Below are positions 1 to 9,664 of a DNA stretch of 32,000 nt, piece by piece. Positions within the stretch are counted from its first letter, which is position 1. Each line of letters starts with the position of its first letter. The stretch spans positions 180,001 through 212,000 of the forward strand of contig JAWBCC010000002.1 of NCBI GenBank assembly GCA_038823825.1. The letters are read 5' to 3'. The position numbers and the translations under genes are program-made. This DNA is from Candidatus Hadarchaeales archaeon (GTDB lineage Archaea > Hadarchaeota > Hadarchaeia > Hadarchaeales > Hadarchaeaceae). The notes beneath the pieces are model-generated. The model worked only from the letters and a program-made list of their open reading frames with translations, was not told the origin of the DNA and did not search any database.

Positions 1-2
1 GG

Positions 3-704
3 CTTTCGACCATGATTGACTGGAGGGACAAAGATTCTCACGGGAAATCTTTAACACCGAAGAGAAGGGCCCAGATTTATCGTCTTAGGAAATGGCAGAG
101 AAGAATAAGGGTTTCGGATGCAATGGAGCGTAACTTGGCTTTTGCTCTCTCGGAGATAGACAGGATGGCTTCCCAGCTAGCTCTGCCGAAGAACGTCCGT
201 GAGACGGCTTCGCTAATCTACAGGAAGGCGGTTGAGGAGCGCCTCATAAGAGGGAGGTCTATCGAGGGCGTGGCCGCCGCCGCCCTATACGCCGCATGTA
301 GAGAATGTAAGATTCCCAGAACTCTCGACGAAATCGCGGAAGTAGCCCGAGTGGGTAAAAAAGAGATCGGGCGCTGTTATAGATTCATAGCCAGGGAATT
401 GCTTATCCATTTGAGACCGACAAGTCCGATCGACTATGTCCCACGTTTCGTTGCAGAGCTTGGTCTCAGCGGCGAGGTTCAGACGAAGGCGATAGAGATC
501 CTAAAGGAAGCACAGGCGAAGGGAATAACGTCTGGAAGAGGTCCGACGGGGGTTGCAGCGGCAGCAGTTTACATAGCCAGCGTTCTTTGTGGTGAGAGAA
601 GAACACAAAGGGATGTGGCAGAGGTTGCGAGGGTCACGGAAGTCACGGTGAGAAATAGGTACAAGGAATTAGCGGAGAAATTAAATCTCGACGTCGAATT
701 GTAG
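3..704 (+). CDS. tfb: Transcription initiation factor TFB (TFIIB homologue), 5'-truncated by the window edge
   Basis: The frame is open from nt 3 to TAG at 702-704. Two cyclin-like repeats are present ([19 protein letters not shown]; [17 protein letters not shown]), with a C-terminal [13 protein letters not shown] helix. The N-terminal Zn-ribbon is missing, so the gene continues upstream of the window. Confidence 0.93.
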   Translation, partial: LSTMIDWRDKDSHGKSLTPKRRAQIYRLRKWQRRIRVSDAMERNLAFALSEIDRMASQLALPKNVRETASLIYRKAVEERLIRGRSIEGVAAAALYAACRECKIPRTLDEIAEVARVGKKEIGRCYRFIARELLIHLRPTSPIDYVPRFVAELGLSGEVQTKAIEILKEAQAKGITSGRGPTGVAAAAVYIASVLCGERRTQRDVAEVARVTEVTVRNRYKELAEKLNLDVEL

Positions 705-778
705 CGTTTGCAACATCGAGTTTTATTGGGAAACTCAAAAGCCGCAGGTTCGGATTAAAGTAGAAACACTTGTTCAGA

Positions 779-788
779 TTTTTATATG
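779..788 (+). promoter_or_regulatory. TATA-box-like element (TTTTTATATG) of the radA promoter
   Basis: This AT-rich archaeal TATA consensus-like box lies about 29-38 nt upstream of the radA ATG (817). No SD lies in between, which suggests a very short leader. Confidence 0.5.
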
Positions 789-816
789 TGCTGCTTTCAA
801 CAGTACATCGATTCAA

Positions 817-1746
817 ATGGAGATAGAAGAACTGCAAAGTTTAAGCCCTTCTGTGGCAGAAAAGCTTAGAGCGGCCGGTTTTTCAACAATATCCCAGCTT
901 GCAACCGCAACCGCCACCGAGCTCATGCATGCAGCTGAGATAAGCATGCGTTCAGCGATTAAGATTATAAACTCGGCGAGGGATGCGATCAAGCTAGACT
1001 ACCAGCTGGCGAGCGAGCTATACGAGAGGAGAAAGAACATTGACAGGCTCACGACAGGGAGTACAGCTCTTGATAAAATCCTTGGAGGAGGACTAGAATC
1101 CGGCTCCGTTACAGAAGTCTTTGGAGAATTTGGTAGCGGAAAATCTCAACTTGCCCACCAGCTCTGTGTGAATGTTCAGCTTCCGCGCGAACGAGGAGGT
1201 CTCGAGGGTAACGCTATCTACATCGACACTGAGGGTACGTTTCGCCCGGAGAGAATTGCTCAGATGGCTTCAGCCCTCGGGCTGGATCCAGCGGGAGTCT
1301 TGGAGAAGATCCACGCAGCCAGAGCTCTCACGACAGACCACCAGATTCTTCTAGTTGAAAGAATCGGAGAAATCTGCAGAAAAGAACCCGTTAGACTCTT
1401 GGTTGTTGATTCGGTTTCTGCGCTCTTCCGAACGGAGTTTTGTGGGAGAGGCACTCTTGCTGAGCGACAGCAAAAGCTTGGACGCCATATCGCCGCACTC
1501 CACAACATCGCAGAAAGACACAATGTTGTTGTCTTTGTTACGAACCAAGTGCAGGCAAGACCTGACGTGATGTTCGGAGATCCGACTAGGCCAGTTGGTG
1601 GTCATGTTTTAGGTCATGCGGTCACTGTGAGAATATACCTCAAAAAAGCGAAAGACGACGCGAGGATAGCAAAACTTGTGGATCATCCCTGTCTTCCCCC
1701 AGAGTCTACAACGATAAGAATAACGCCAGAAGGAATAAGAGATTAG
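817..1746 (+). CDS. radA: DNA repair and recombination protein RadA
   Basis: N-terminal HhH-like segment (SPSVAEKLRAAGFSTISQLA), Walker A GEFGSGKSQ, and Walker B-like LLVVDS. At 309 aa the length and layout are typical of archaeal RadA. Confidence 0.95.
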   Translation: MEIEELQSLSPSVAEKLRAAGFSTISQLATATATELMHAAEISMRSAIKIINSARDAIKLDYQLASELYERRKNIDRLTTGSTALDKILGGGLESGSVTEVFGEFGSGKSQLAHQLCVNVQLPRERGGLEGNAIYIDTEGTFRPERIAQMASALGLDPAGVLEKIHAARALTTDHQILLVERIGEICRKEPVRLLVVDSVSALFRTEFCGRGTLAERQQKLGRHIAALHNIAERHNVVVFVTNQVQARPDVMFGDPTRPVGGHVLGHAVTVRIYLKKAKDDARIAKLVDHPCLPPESTTIRITPEGIRD

Positions 1747-1753
1747 TTTATCT

Positions 1754-1786
1754 TGCCTGCCCGAATGCTGGGCAGGCATCATTTTT
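1754..1786 (+). terminator. Hairpin plus oligo-T downstream of radA
   Basis: Perfect 9-bp stem TGCCTGCCC (1754-1762) / GGGCAGGCA (1770-1778) with a 7-nt loop, followed by TTTTT (1782-1786). It starts 8 nt after the radA stop. A second 6-bp G/C stem (1792-1797 / 1810-1815) follows. Confidence 0.55.
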
Positions 1787-1850
1787 CATCAGGGGGTGTT
1801 GTTTAAATTACCCCCAAACAAAAAATTTAGAAGACGAAAGTGGTGGGCAA

Positions 1851-3035
1851 ATGAAGTACATTGTGATTGTCGGCGACGGGATGGCTGATTATCCGGTGGA
1901 AAAACACGGTGGAAAAACTCCGCTTGAAACAGCGAACAAACCGAATATAGACATGCTTGCGAAGCTCGGAAGACTTGGTATCATAAAAACAGTCCCCGAT
2001 GGTATGCCCCCGGATTCCGGTGTGGCGAACCTTTCTATTCTTGGTTATGACCCCGTCTTGTATTTCACTGGGAGAGGTCCACTTGAAGCTGGAGCGTTCA
2101 ACGTTCCGGTCGGGGATAATGACATAATTTTCCGATGCAACCTTGTCACGGTCAAGGATGGCATTCTCGTAGACTATTCAGCAGGGCACGTGACGAATGA
2201 AGAGGCTAGGGAACTTTTGAACGCAGTTTCCCAACTTGGTGTTGGAGAGTATTTTGTTGGCGTCAGTTATAGACACATATTCTTGCTCAAAAATCAGGAG
2301 ATAAATGTCGGCTGCAGTCCACCACACAGCATAACAGGTCAACCAATTAAGGAACACATGATTGGCCCGGACGGCGGAGAAATCGGGAAAAAACTCAATG
2401 AACTTATGCTGAAGTCTTACGAAATTTTGTCAAAACATCCTATAAACCTTAGGCGAGAGCGTGAGGGAAAAAATCCGGCGAACATGATTTGGCTTTGGGG
2501 GCCGGGAAAGAAGCCAAAGCTTGAGCCCTTTGAACAGAAATATGGTTTAAAAGGAGGCGTGATTTCGGGCATCATTCTCATCAAAGGAATAGGAAATTAT
2601 GCGAAGATGAGAGTTATAGAAGTCCCGGGTGCTACCGGCTATTATGACACAAACTATGAGGGAAAGGCCGACTATGCTCTGAAAGCACTGGAGGAGGGAC
2701 TAGATTTGATTTACATTCATGTGGAGGCGCCGGATGAGGCTGGTCATGCCGGAGACTTTGATCAAAAGGTCCGAACCATCGAGGATCTGGATAAAAGGCT
2801 TTTGGGGAGGATTCTGAACAGGGTTGACATGGAAAACGTGAAGATCATGCTTCTGCCGGATCATCCGACACCAATTGAGAGGAGAATGCACATGCCAGAC
2901 CCGGTTCCAGTGGTTGTTTATTCTCCGAAAAAGAAAGGGGACGGGCTTCGATTCTCCGAGACGGAGGCGAGAAAGGGGTCCCTTGGCTTTATTTATGGCC
3001 CAGATTTGATGCGATTATTTATCTCTCGGCTTTGA
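1851..3035 (+). CDS. apgM: Cofactor-independent phosphoglycerate mutase, archaeal type (ApgM; the family also contains proposed homoserine kinases)
   Basis: N-terminus MKYIVIVGDGMADYP...KTPLE.A.KPN.D matches the family. Metal-site motifs are characteristic of the alkaline-phosphatase superfamily (HVEAPDEAGH, LLPDHPTP). Length is 394 aa. Confidence 0.85.
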   Translation: MKYIVIVGDGMADYPVEKHGGKTPLETANKPNIDMLAKLGRLGIIKTVPDGMPPDSGVANLSILGYDPVLYFTGRGPLEAGAFNVPVGDNDIIFRCNLVTVKDGILVDYSAGHVTNEEARELLNAVSQLGVGEYFVGVSYRHIFLLKNQEINVGCSPPHSITGQPIKEHMIGPDGGEIGKKLNELMLKSYEILSKHPINLRREREGKNPANMIWLWGPGKKPKLEPFEQKYGLKGGVISGIILIKGIGNYAKMRVIEVPGATGYYDTNYEGKADYALKALEEGLDLIYIHVEAPDEAGHAGDFDQKVRTIEDLDKRLLGRILNRVDMENVKIMLLPDHPTPIERRMHMPDPVPVVVYSPKKKGDGLRFSETEARKGSLGFIYGPDLMRLFISRL

Positions 3036-4166
3036 TTTTCTCCAACTTTCGTTAAGTAAAACGATTCCAATAACGTTTAGAAAGAAAGAATAAGCAAAAA
3101 CCGCTAGCCAGTATGCCCCTGCTTGGAGTAGGGCTCCAAAGATCAAACCGCTTCCTAGAGCAGAGAATCCATAAACGGAGTTGAAAATTCCGTACGCTCT
3201 ACCTCTTCTCTCGAGGGGTACGATGTCTGCGACGAATGCTCTGTAGACAGATTCCTGCATTCCTAGAATGAATCCAAATATGATGGCAGCTGCAATAAGA
3301 TTGATTTTCCCACCCAAAAGGGTAAGGGGCGCAGGAAGAATAGATAAAACGAAGGGAATAATCAGCATCTTTTGCCTTATTTTATCGTAAACGTGTCCAG
3401 CAAGCAGTGCGGAGGGGGCGTCGACTAACTGGATCAATGCGTAAACTAGCGCCACGGCCCAAGCCCCAACCTCTCCAGATATCTGATAAAGAATTAGAGA
3501 GGCAGGGATTAGCGAGAGAGTGTTTAAGCCGACCGCTGAGACGTACATCGTAAACTCTCTGGAACTGAATTTCTCTTCCTTTTTCTCGGCTCTCTTTTCA
3601 ACTTCTCCCAAAAGTCTACGTGCTCTGGCAAGGAAAAACAACATCGCAAAGAAAGGTATGAACATGACGGAAAACGCGAAGCGATAATTACCGTTAGATA
3701 TTAAAAGAACAGCCGATATCAAAACCGGTCCCAAAACCGCGCCTATTTGGTCAAGAAACTCGTGAATTCCAAAAGCCTTTCCTCTTCCTATTTCCTTACA
3801 GCACTCTGAAAGGATGACGTCTCTAGCTGGAGATCTGAGAGCTTTTCCTAAACGTTCTGTGAGAATCAAAATCGCGGCTATTTCCCAACGTCCAGTGAAG
3901 GCTAGCAGAGGTATGGAAACAATCAAAACATAACCGATTATTGTTAGTGACCAATATGCTCCGGTTCTGTCAGCCACGTCTCCGCTTACGAATCTTAGAA
4001 TCAGGTTAAAAGCTTCACCAACTCCGGAGATTGCTCCAACAACAAAAGCGGATGCGCCCAACCCGCGAAGGAAAGCCGGCACAGCTCCTCTCGATCCCTC
4101 ATAAACAACATCGCCCAGGAGACTGACTAAACCAAGCGCAATTAGCGCTGTATATGCTTTTCTCAT
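3015..4166 (-). CDS. MFS-type transporter
   Basis: 383 aa with about 10-12 hydrophobic helices. An MFS-like loop is present (DVADRTG after TM2, GRGKAFG). Its ATG (4166-4164) directly abuts the thrS stop (4169-4167). Its 3' end overlaps the apgM 3' end by 21 nt (convergent). Confidence 0.75.
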   Translation of the reverse strand: MRKAYTALIALGLVSLLGDVVYEGSRGAVPAFLRGLGASAFVVGAISGVGEAFNLILRFVSGDVADRTGAYWSLTIIGYVLIVSIPLLAFTGRWEIAAILILTERLGKALRSPARDVILSECCKEIGRGKAFGIHEFLDQIGAVLGPVLISAVLLISNGNYRFAFSVMFIPFFAMLFFLARARRLLGEVEKRAEKKEEKFSSREFTMYVSAVGLNTLSLIPASLILYQISGEVGAWAVALVYALIQLVDAPSALLAGHVYDKIRQKMLIIPFVLSILPAPLTLLGGKINLIAAAIIFGFILGMQESVYRAFVADIVPLERRGRAYGIFNSVYGFSALGSGLIFGALLQAGAYWLAVFAYSFFLNVIGIVLLNESWRKSKPRDK

Positions 4167-6044
4167 TTAACCACCGAAAAATATCGGTCGCGCCGAAAGT
4201 TTTCTCGGAAGCGGCAACGGCTCTTGCGGAAAACCAACCGTCTTTCTCTTTATTTCGGTACAGAGTTTTTTGAGAGCAAGGCTCTTTAGTCTCTTTTTCC
4301 CTCTTATTCTAACTTTTAACTTTTTGGTTTTCATCTCCTCATCTCCGACTACGAGAATGTATGGAATCCATTCTCTTTCCGCGTCCCTAATCTTTTTGCC
4401 AACAGTTTCTCCTCTGTCGTCCAGATCAACCCTTATGCCTTCTTTTTCGATTTCTTGGGCAAGCCTTTCGCAGAACTTTTTATGTCTATCCGCCACTGGT
4501 ATTATCCTAACCTGGGTGGGCGAAAGCCATAGTGGGAGGCAGGGAGTCTTCCCATTCTGCATATCCTTGTACGCCTGCTCAAGCAGCGCGTATATGACTC
4601 TCTCTAGACTACCCGAAGGTGAGCAGTGCAGAATTATGGGATGTTTTTTGCATCCGTTCTCATCCACGTAGGTTATTCCATATCTTACCGCGTTTTCATG
4701 GTCCATCTGAACGGTAGAGAGCGCAGAAGCTTTGCCTGTTGTATCCACGAAGTTAAATTCGAATTTCGGATCAAAGTAAGCATACCGCTGGCTCCACACT
4801 TCTAGCAATACTGGTTTACGCACGAGTTTTGCGAGAGAGATGATGAATTCCTTGTTTTTCTCGAGAAAATCTTCGGTCATTCTTATTCCAGTTTCGTAGT
4901 TTTTGATTCCCAGATCTCTCAGGCATCTCATGCAGAGTTTAAACTGTTTTTTAAATTCTTCTTTTGCTTGCTCGATGTCCGCGCAAATTGTGTGCATGTC
5001 TGGCATAGTGAAGGTTCTCAGCCTGCGCAGGCCCGAAAGCTCTCCGCTTTTCTCCAACCTGAAAGAGTAATGTGTAATCTCGTAGAGTCTCAGTGGAAGG
5101 TTCCTGTAAGAGATAACCGCTGAAGATGCTAGGAGAAACTGTCCGAAGCAAGCGGAAAACCTGAGGAAAAATCTCCTCTTCCCGGATTTCAGAGTATACT
5201 GTCTTGCCGGAAACCTTTCTAAATAGCTCTTAAGCGCCGGATGATCATAATCATACATTATGGGAGTCTCTATCTCCATCGCTCCGTATTCTTTTGCCCT
5301 CTGGCTTACCCACCTCTCCAGCAGGAATTTCATGAATCTACCTTTCGGATAAAAGCGGAAATTGCCCGAATCGCTCCCCGGTTCATAATCCACGAGTTCC
5401 AATCTACGCATTAGCTGGATGTGAGGAGGTTCCTCCTTTGCCTCTCTGCTTCTCGAAATCTCATGGATGGCAAAGAGTTTCAGCTCAGGATATCTGGAAA
5501 AATCATAGCCCCGAATTTCTCCATCTTCCATTGTTATTTCATGAAGTTTTCCATCAGGTTCGAGAATAAACCAGCGAGATTTTATGGTTTCCTCTTTAGT
5601 TACGGCTTCGGTGACACCAACGGTTGGAGAAATCTGCCGGGAGAGTTCACTCAGTGGATGTCCCTTACAGCTGATTTTAAAGCTTTTATACCATCCAAAA
5701 GGTAGACGTTCTGTTTCAATTCCTCTAGATCTCAGCTCATTAGCCAGCATTTTAAGAGTCTCCACTGCACTTTCCGCCGGGGCAAGGGAAGAACTGAGAT
5801 GGGCGTATGGATATATTACAACAAGTTTTGCGTTAACCTTTTCTTTAACATCCGAGATCTCATCCGCGGCTTTCTTCACGATCTCTTGAACATTTTCTAT
5901 ATCCTCTTCCTCAACGGCCGTGAAAACTACCAGTGGTTCTTCAAACCTCTTGGATCTTAGCTCCTCTGGAAGTTCCTCAGCTATCGGTGTCGGTTCTTTC
6001 GCTTCGAATTCTAGATAATCCGCGTGGATGAGTAGCAGCCTCAT
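4167..6044 (-). CDS. thrS: Threonine--tRNA ligase, archaeal type with N-terminal archaeal editing domain
   Basis: MRLLLIHADYLEFEAKEPT is the typical archaeal ThrRS N-terminus. Class II core motifs are present (FRLEKSGELSGLRRLRTFTMPDMH) along with a C-terminal anticodon-binding domain. The start was trimmed from the ORF-track 6134 to the ATG at 6044. The extension has no family counterpart and would overlap the divergent neighbouring gene. Confidence 0.93.
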   Translation of the reverse strand: MRLLLIHADYLEFEAKEPTPIAEELPEELRSKRFEEPLVVFTAVEEEDIENVQEIVKKAADEISDVKEKVNAKLVVIYPYAHLSSSLAPAESAVETLKMLANELRSRGIETERLPFGWYKSFKISCKGHPLSELSRQISPTVGVTEAVTKEETIKSRWFILEPDGKLHEITMEDGEIRGYDFSRYPELKLFAIHEISRSREAKEEPPHIQLMRRLELVDYEPGSDSGNFRFYPKGRFMKFLLERWVSQRAKEYGAMEIETPIMYDYDHPALKSYLERFPARQYTLKSGKRRFFLRFSACFGQFLLASSAVISYRNLPLRLYEITHYSFRLEKSGELSGLRRLRTFTMPDMHTICADIEQAKEEFKKQFKLCMRCLRDLGIKNYETGIRMTEDFLEKNKEFIISLAKLVRKPVLLEVWSQRYAYFDPKFEFNFVDTTGKASALSTVQMDHENAVRYGITYVDENGCKKHPIILHCSPSGSLERVIYALLEQAYKDMQNGKTPCLPLWLSPTQVRIIPVADRHKKFCERLAQEIEKEGIRVDLDDRGETVGKKIRDAEREWIPYILVVGDEEMKTKKLKVRIRGKKRLKSLALKKLCTEIKRKTVGFPQEPLPLPRKLSARPIFFGG

Positions 6045-6103
6045 CTCATCATCTCCAAAACTCTTTTCATGGTCGTTTAATCCTTGAGGTAAGAAGTATA
6101 TCT

Positions 6104-6778
6104 GTGAGGAGGTTCTGCTATAAGTGCGGGGCATTGGAAAAAGACGCTGGACCTCTTGTTGAGGGCCTCTGTCAGCGCTGCTTCAGGGAGAGCTTTAGAT
6201 TAGAACTCCCGGATAAGGTGGAGCTGACTTCATGCAAAATCTGCGGCTCCTTTTTGATCCGCGGCGAGTGGATGAAAGTCACAAAAGAAGAAGCGGTTAT
6301 GGCGGAGTTGAACAAAAAAATGCGTCTACCAGATGGTCTAAAGTTTGAAGTGAAGACGAAAGATGGTACAGAAATGATTTGCGTCTTTGGTAGTGTGGGA
6401 GAACCGCGAAAAATCCCCATAGAAATCGAGAAACCTGTGAAGATAGAGGAAAGATTCATGACTTGTAAACTTTGCTCGCTCAGGAAAGCAGGATATTATG
6501 AGGCAATCGTTCAAGTTAGAGGAATTCCATCTCAAGAGATATCAAAAATTCTGCGAAAGTCGAAAGACGATCTTTTGATTTCCGAAGAAGATTTCATCTC
6601 GGAATTTGTTCCGCTTGAAAACGGGGCAGACATATACGTGAGCAATATTTCGCTCGGCAGGAGGCTTTCGTCCGTTTTTAAAGGAATGGGTGCGAGAATA
6701 ACTTCTACTTCAAAGTTGATCAGTCAAACGAAGGACGGAAAAAAGAGATACCGTGTAACCTTTCTCGTCCGTTTTTAA
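6104..6778 (+). CDS. NMD3-like Zn-ribbon protein (short archaeal form)
   Basis: CxxC pairs are present (CYKC..CQRC, CKIC, CKLC), followed by YYEAIVQVRG, which resembles the NMD3 N-terminal domain hallmark. GTG start. At 224 aa it is shorter than the roughly 350 aa I recall for archaeal NMD3 homologues. Confidence 0.6.
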   Translation: MRRFCYKCGALEKDAGPLVEGLCQRCFRESFRLELPDKVELTSCKICGSFLIRGEWMKVTKEEAVMAELNKKMRLPDGLKFEVKTKDGTEMICVFGSVGEPRKIPIEIEKPVKIEERFMTCKLCSLRKAGYYEAIVQVRGIPSQEISKILRKSKDDLLISEEDFISEFVPLENGADIYVSNISLGRRLSSVFKGMGARITSTSKLISQTKDGKKRYRVTFLVRF

Positions 6779-6832
6779 ACCCATCCGAGAAAATACGTTA
6801 TAAGTCTTTCAGGAGAATAAGAGAGGGTCAGA

Positions 6833-8515
6833 ATGCCCGAAATGACCGGTGCAAAGGCTGTTTGGGAGTGCCTGAAGTTCCATGGGGTTAAGCATGTTTT
6901 CGGAATCCCAGGAGGTGCTGTTATTCCCATGTACGATGCTTTATATGACGAGACCGAGATCCAACACATACTCACGAGACATGAACAGGCGGCTGCTCAT
7001 GCGGCCGATGGTTACGCCAGAGTTCTGGGTAAACCAGGCGTTTGTGTAACGACTTCCGGTCCCGGAGGGACGAATTTAGTCACTGGTATTTTAAACGCTT
7101 ATATGGATAGCTCACCGGTCATCGCAATATCTGGTCAAGTTTCCAAGTCGAGCATCGGCACGGATGCCTTCCAAGAGGCAGATATGTTGAGCATAATGCT
7201 ACCGATAACCAAGCATAACTTTTTTGTCCGCTCCGTCGAGGAATTGCCATTGGTAATCAAACTCGCATTTAAAATCGCCACGACGGGGAGACCCGGTCCA
7301 GTTCACGTAGACATTCCCAAAGATGTTCAGCAGAGCAGCGCGAATATCGATCTCACTAGAGACCCTCCCTACAAAAAATATATGAAGATTGATCCAACAC
7401 CGTCGGAGATACAGCTTGCCGTGGAAATGCTTGTGCATGCGAAGCAACCAGTCATTTACGCGGGAGGAGGGATCATCTGGTCTGGAGCATCTGAGGAGCT
7501 TGTAGCCCTCGCGGAGACGTTGATGGCTCCGGTTGTTACATCACTCATGGGAAAGGGGGCAATTCCAGAGGATCATCCGCTCTCGCTTGGCATGCTCGGA
7601 ATGCATGGAAGGATGGCAGCCAATCTCGCTGTGAACGAATGCGACCTTCTCTTTGCTGTGGGCGTAAGATTCAGCGATAGAGCTACAGGCGACGTTCGTT
7701 ATTTCGCTCCTCGCGCGAAGATAATTCATGTTGATATTGATCCGGTTGAAGTCGGGAAGAACGTGAGGGTTCACCACGCGATAATTGCTGATGCTAAAAA
7801 GACCCTACGGGCCATATTGGGAGCTCTCAAGGATCATGTAAGAAAAGATAGAACCAGCGAATGGTTATCGCGCATCAAAAAAATGAAAAAAGATCTAGCT
7901 CCGAAGATGGATTACGACGAAGTCCCGATTAAGCCACAAAGAGCAATCAAAGAGATAATGAACGTTCTTGGACCTGATGGTATAGTTGTAACGGAGGTTG
8001 GGCAGTGTCAGATGTGGGCAGCTCACTTTTACGAGGTCAAGAAGCCGAGGCATTTCATAAGCTCAGGAGGTTTGGGAACAATGGGGTTCGGATTTCCAGC
8101 CGCGATCGGGGCGAAGGTCGCCAAACCAGACCATGTCGTCGTGGATATAGCCGGTGATGGAAGTTTTCTCATGAATTCACAGGAACTCGCAACTGCTGTT
8201 GTGAACGACATAGACGTTATAGCTTGCATATTCAACAACAGGTATCTCGGAATGGTCAAACAGTGGCAGGACCTCTTTTATGGCAAGCGTAGATCACAGG
8301 TATATCTCGGTGAATCCCCTGATTTTGCAAAGTTGGCTGAGGCGTACGGAGCCCTAGGCTTAAAGGTGACCAGACCAAGCGAGATTGCTCCAGCTCTAAG
8401 GCAAGCGATAGAAAGCGGAAAGCCAGCCGTCATAGACATAATCATAGATCCTGATGAGCATGTACTGCCCATGGTTCCAGCCGGAGGCAGATTGGATGAG
8501 CCGATCCTAACGTGA
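6833..8515 (+). CDS. ilvB: Acetolactate synthase large (catalytic) subunit
   Basis: ThDP-enzyme layout with GIPGG at the N-terminus, the ThDP-binding motif GDGSFLMNSQELAT, and NNRYLGMV. Length is 560 aa. It is followed by the small-subunit gene. Confidence 0.93.
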   Translation: MPEMTGAKAVWECLKFHGVKHVFGIPGGAVIPMYDALYDETEIQHILTRHEQAAAHAADGYARVLGKPGVCVTTSGPGGTNLVTGILNAYMDSSPVIAISGQVSKSSIGTDAFQEADMLSIMLPITKHNFFVRSVEELPLVIKLAFKIATTGRPGPVHVDIPKDVQQSSANIDLTRDPPYKKYMKIDPTPSEIQLAVEMLVHAKQPVIYAGGGIIWSGASEELVALAETLMAPVVTSLMGKGAIPEDHPLSLGMLGMHGRMAANLAVNECDLLFAVGVRFSDRATGDVRYFAPRAKIIHVDIDPVEVGKNVRVHHAIIADAKKTLRAILGALKDHVRKDRTSEWLSRIKKMKKDLAPKMDYDEVPIKPQRAIKEIMNVLGPDGIVVTEVGQCQMWAAHFYEVKKPRHFISSGGLGTMGFGFPAAIGAKVAKPDHVVVDIAGDGSFLMNSQELATAVVNDIDVIACIFNNRYLGMVKQWQDLFYGKRRSQVYLGESPDFAKLAEAYGALGLKVTRPSEIAPALRQAIESGKPAVIDIIIDPDEHVLPMVPAGGRLDEPILT

Positions 8516-8524
8516 GGTGGAAAA

Positions 8525-9001
8525 ATGAAACAGCACATCTTTTCCATTCTTTGTCAGAATGTTCCAGGGGTTATGATGAGAATAACCAGAGCTTTCACAC
8601 GCAAGCAGGTGAACTTGGACTCGATAACGGTTGGGATAGAGCCATCTGGTTTGGCGAGAATAATTTTACTTTTCAACGCGGACGACCGAACGGCAAACTT
8701 GATGCGGAAAGTTTTGATGAGGCTTGAACCCATAGAGTCTGTGGAGGAGATAGATCCTGAGAATAGTGTTGTAAGGGAAATCGCCTTACTGAAGACGGTG
8801 AAACTCTCCGGGGAGGATCACTGGAGAGTTGTCGAGCGAATAGAGAAGGCTGGAGGGAAAATAATAGAGGCAAAAGATGGTGCGATAATAGCGGAGATTT
8901 CCGGAACTAGGGAAGAAATAGACAGACTCATCTCCCAATTAAGTCCAGATATCCTGAAGGAAGTTGTTCGTTCTGGTCAGGTTTACTGTCAAAGATTGTG
9001 A
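8525..9001 (+). CDS. ilvN: Acetolactate synthase small (regulatory) subunit
   Basis: ACT-domain start (HIFSILCQNVPGVMMRITRAFTRKQVNLDSITV). Length is 158 aa. It begins 9 nt after ilvB. Confidence 0.9.
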   Translation: MKQHIFSILCQNVPGVMMRITRAFTRKQVNLDSITVGIEPSGLARIILLFNADDRTANLMRKVLMRLEPIESVEEIDPENSVVREIALLKTVKLSGEDHWRVVERIEKAGGKIIEAKDGAIIAEISGTREEIDRLISQLSPDILKEVVRSGQVYCQRL

Positions 9002-9019
9002 GTTTTCGGAGGTCTGTGA

Positions 9020-9664
9020 ATGATCAGGGCTGTTTCCTTCGACATGGATGGCACAATTGTGAACAAAAATTTCGCCAACTCTGTATGGTTTGAGGCAATT
9101 CCGAAACTGTATTCTCAGAGGTGGAAAGTTCCCTTTGAAGTCGCAGTAGAGAAGATCAAGAGGGCATACGATGAGGTCGGCCCGAGGAGACTTGAGTGGT
9201 ATGACATAAAGTATTGGTTTAGGAGATTTGATTTGGGGAATAAATGGGATGAAGTACTTGCGGAGTATAGAAATAGAGCACAGCTATATCCAGATGTTGA
9301 ACCGGTTTTGCAGAGACTTGCCGGGAAATACAAGCTTATCATTGCCACGGCGGCCGCCAAAGAATTCGCTAATATGGCTCTGAACGGTAAACCGATGATG
9401 AGGTTGATATCTGGTGTATTTTCATCAATTTCAGATTTCGGTCAAATCGGAAAAACGCCGGAGTTTTTCAGAAAAGTTTGTGAGAAGATTGGCGTGAAAC
9501 CGAGTGAACTTTTGCATGTTGGAGATCATTTGGAGCATGATGTCATAGCTGCCAGAGAAGCCGGCATCCACGCTATTCTGATAGACAGAGATGGAAAGAA
9601 AGGCATAAAATCTCTTTTCGAGTTAATCGACATACTTTCTAGGTTCGATTCCAAACCTCTTTGA
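9020..9664 (+). CDS. HAD-superfamily hydrolase
   Basis: Motif I FDMDGTIV and motif IV-like GDHLEHDV. SD GGAGGT lies upstream of the ATG. Confidence 0.85.
   Translation: MIRAVSFDMDGTIVNKNFANSVWFEAIPKLYSQRWKVPFEVAVEKIKRAYDEVGPRRLEWYDIKYWFRRFDLGNKWDEVLAEYRNRAQLYPDVEPVLQRLAGKYKLIIATAAAKEFANMALNGKPMMRLISGVFSSISDFGQIGKTPEFFRKVCEKIGVKPSELLHVGDHLEHDVIAAREAGIHAILIDRDGKKGIKSLFELIDILSRFDSKPL

Noticed and set aside
718-736. Inverted repeat GAGTTT-tattggg-AAACTC upstream of the radA promoter, as a possible operator or TFB terminator.
   Set aside because: It is a 6-bp stem only, not followed by oligo-T on the plus strand. Several such repeats are expected by chance in 32 kb, and there is no second copy in the window.
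1776-1792. Possible C/D box sRNA on the minus strand of the radA-apgM spacer (CTGATGA ... ATGATG).
   Set aside because: No CUGA D or D' box and no second half of a C/D architecture fit within the 104-nt spacer. The sequence is better explained as the flank of the radA terminator hairpin.
6045-6134. N-terminal extensions given by the ORF track: ThrRS to 6134, acylphosphatase to 10476, YjbQ to 12525, S6e to 18212, S28e to 20947, L7Ae to 21345, HTH-CBS from 24196, and TrmI to 28995.
   Set aside because: The extensions have no counterpart in the respective families. Several rely on TTG or GTG codons, and several overlap neighbouring genes or promoter elements. Internal ATGs with an SD or TATA box at the correct distance reproduce the canonical N-termini.
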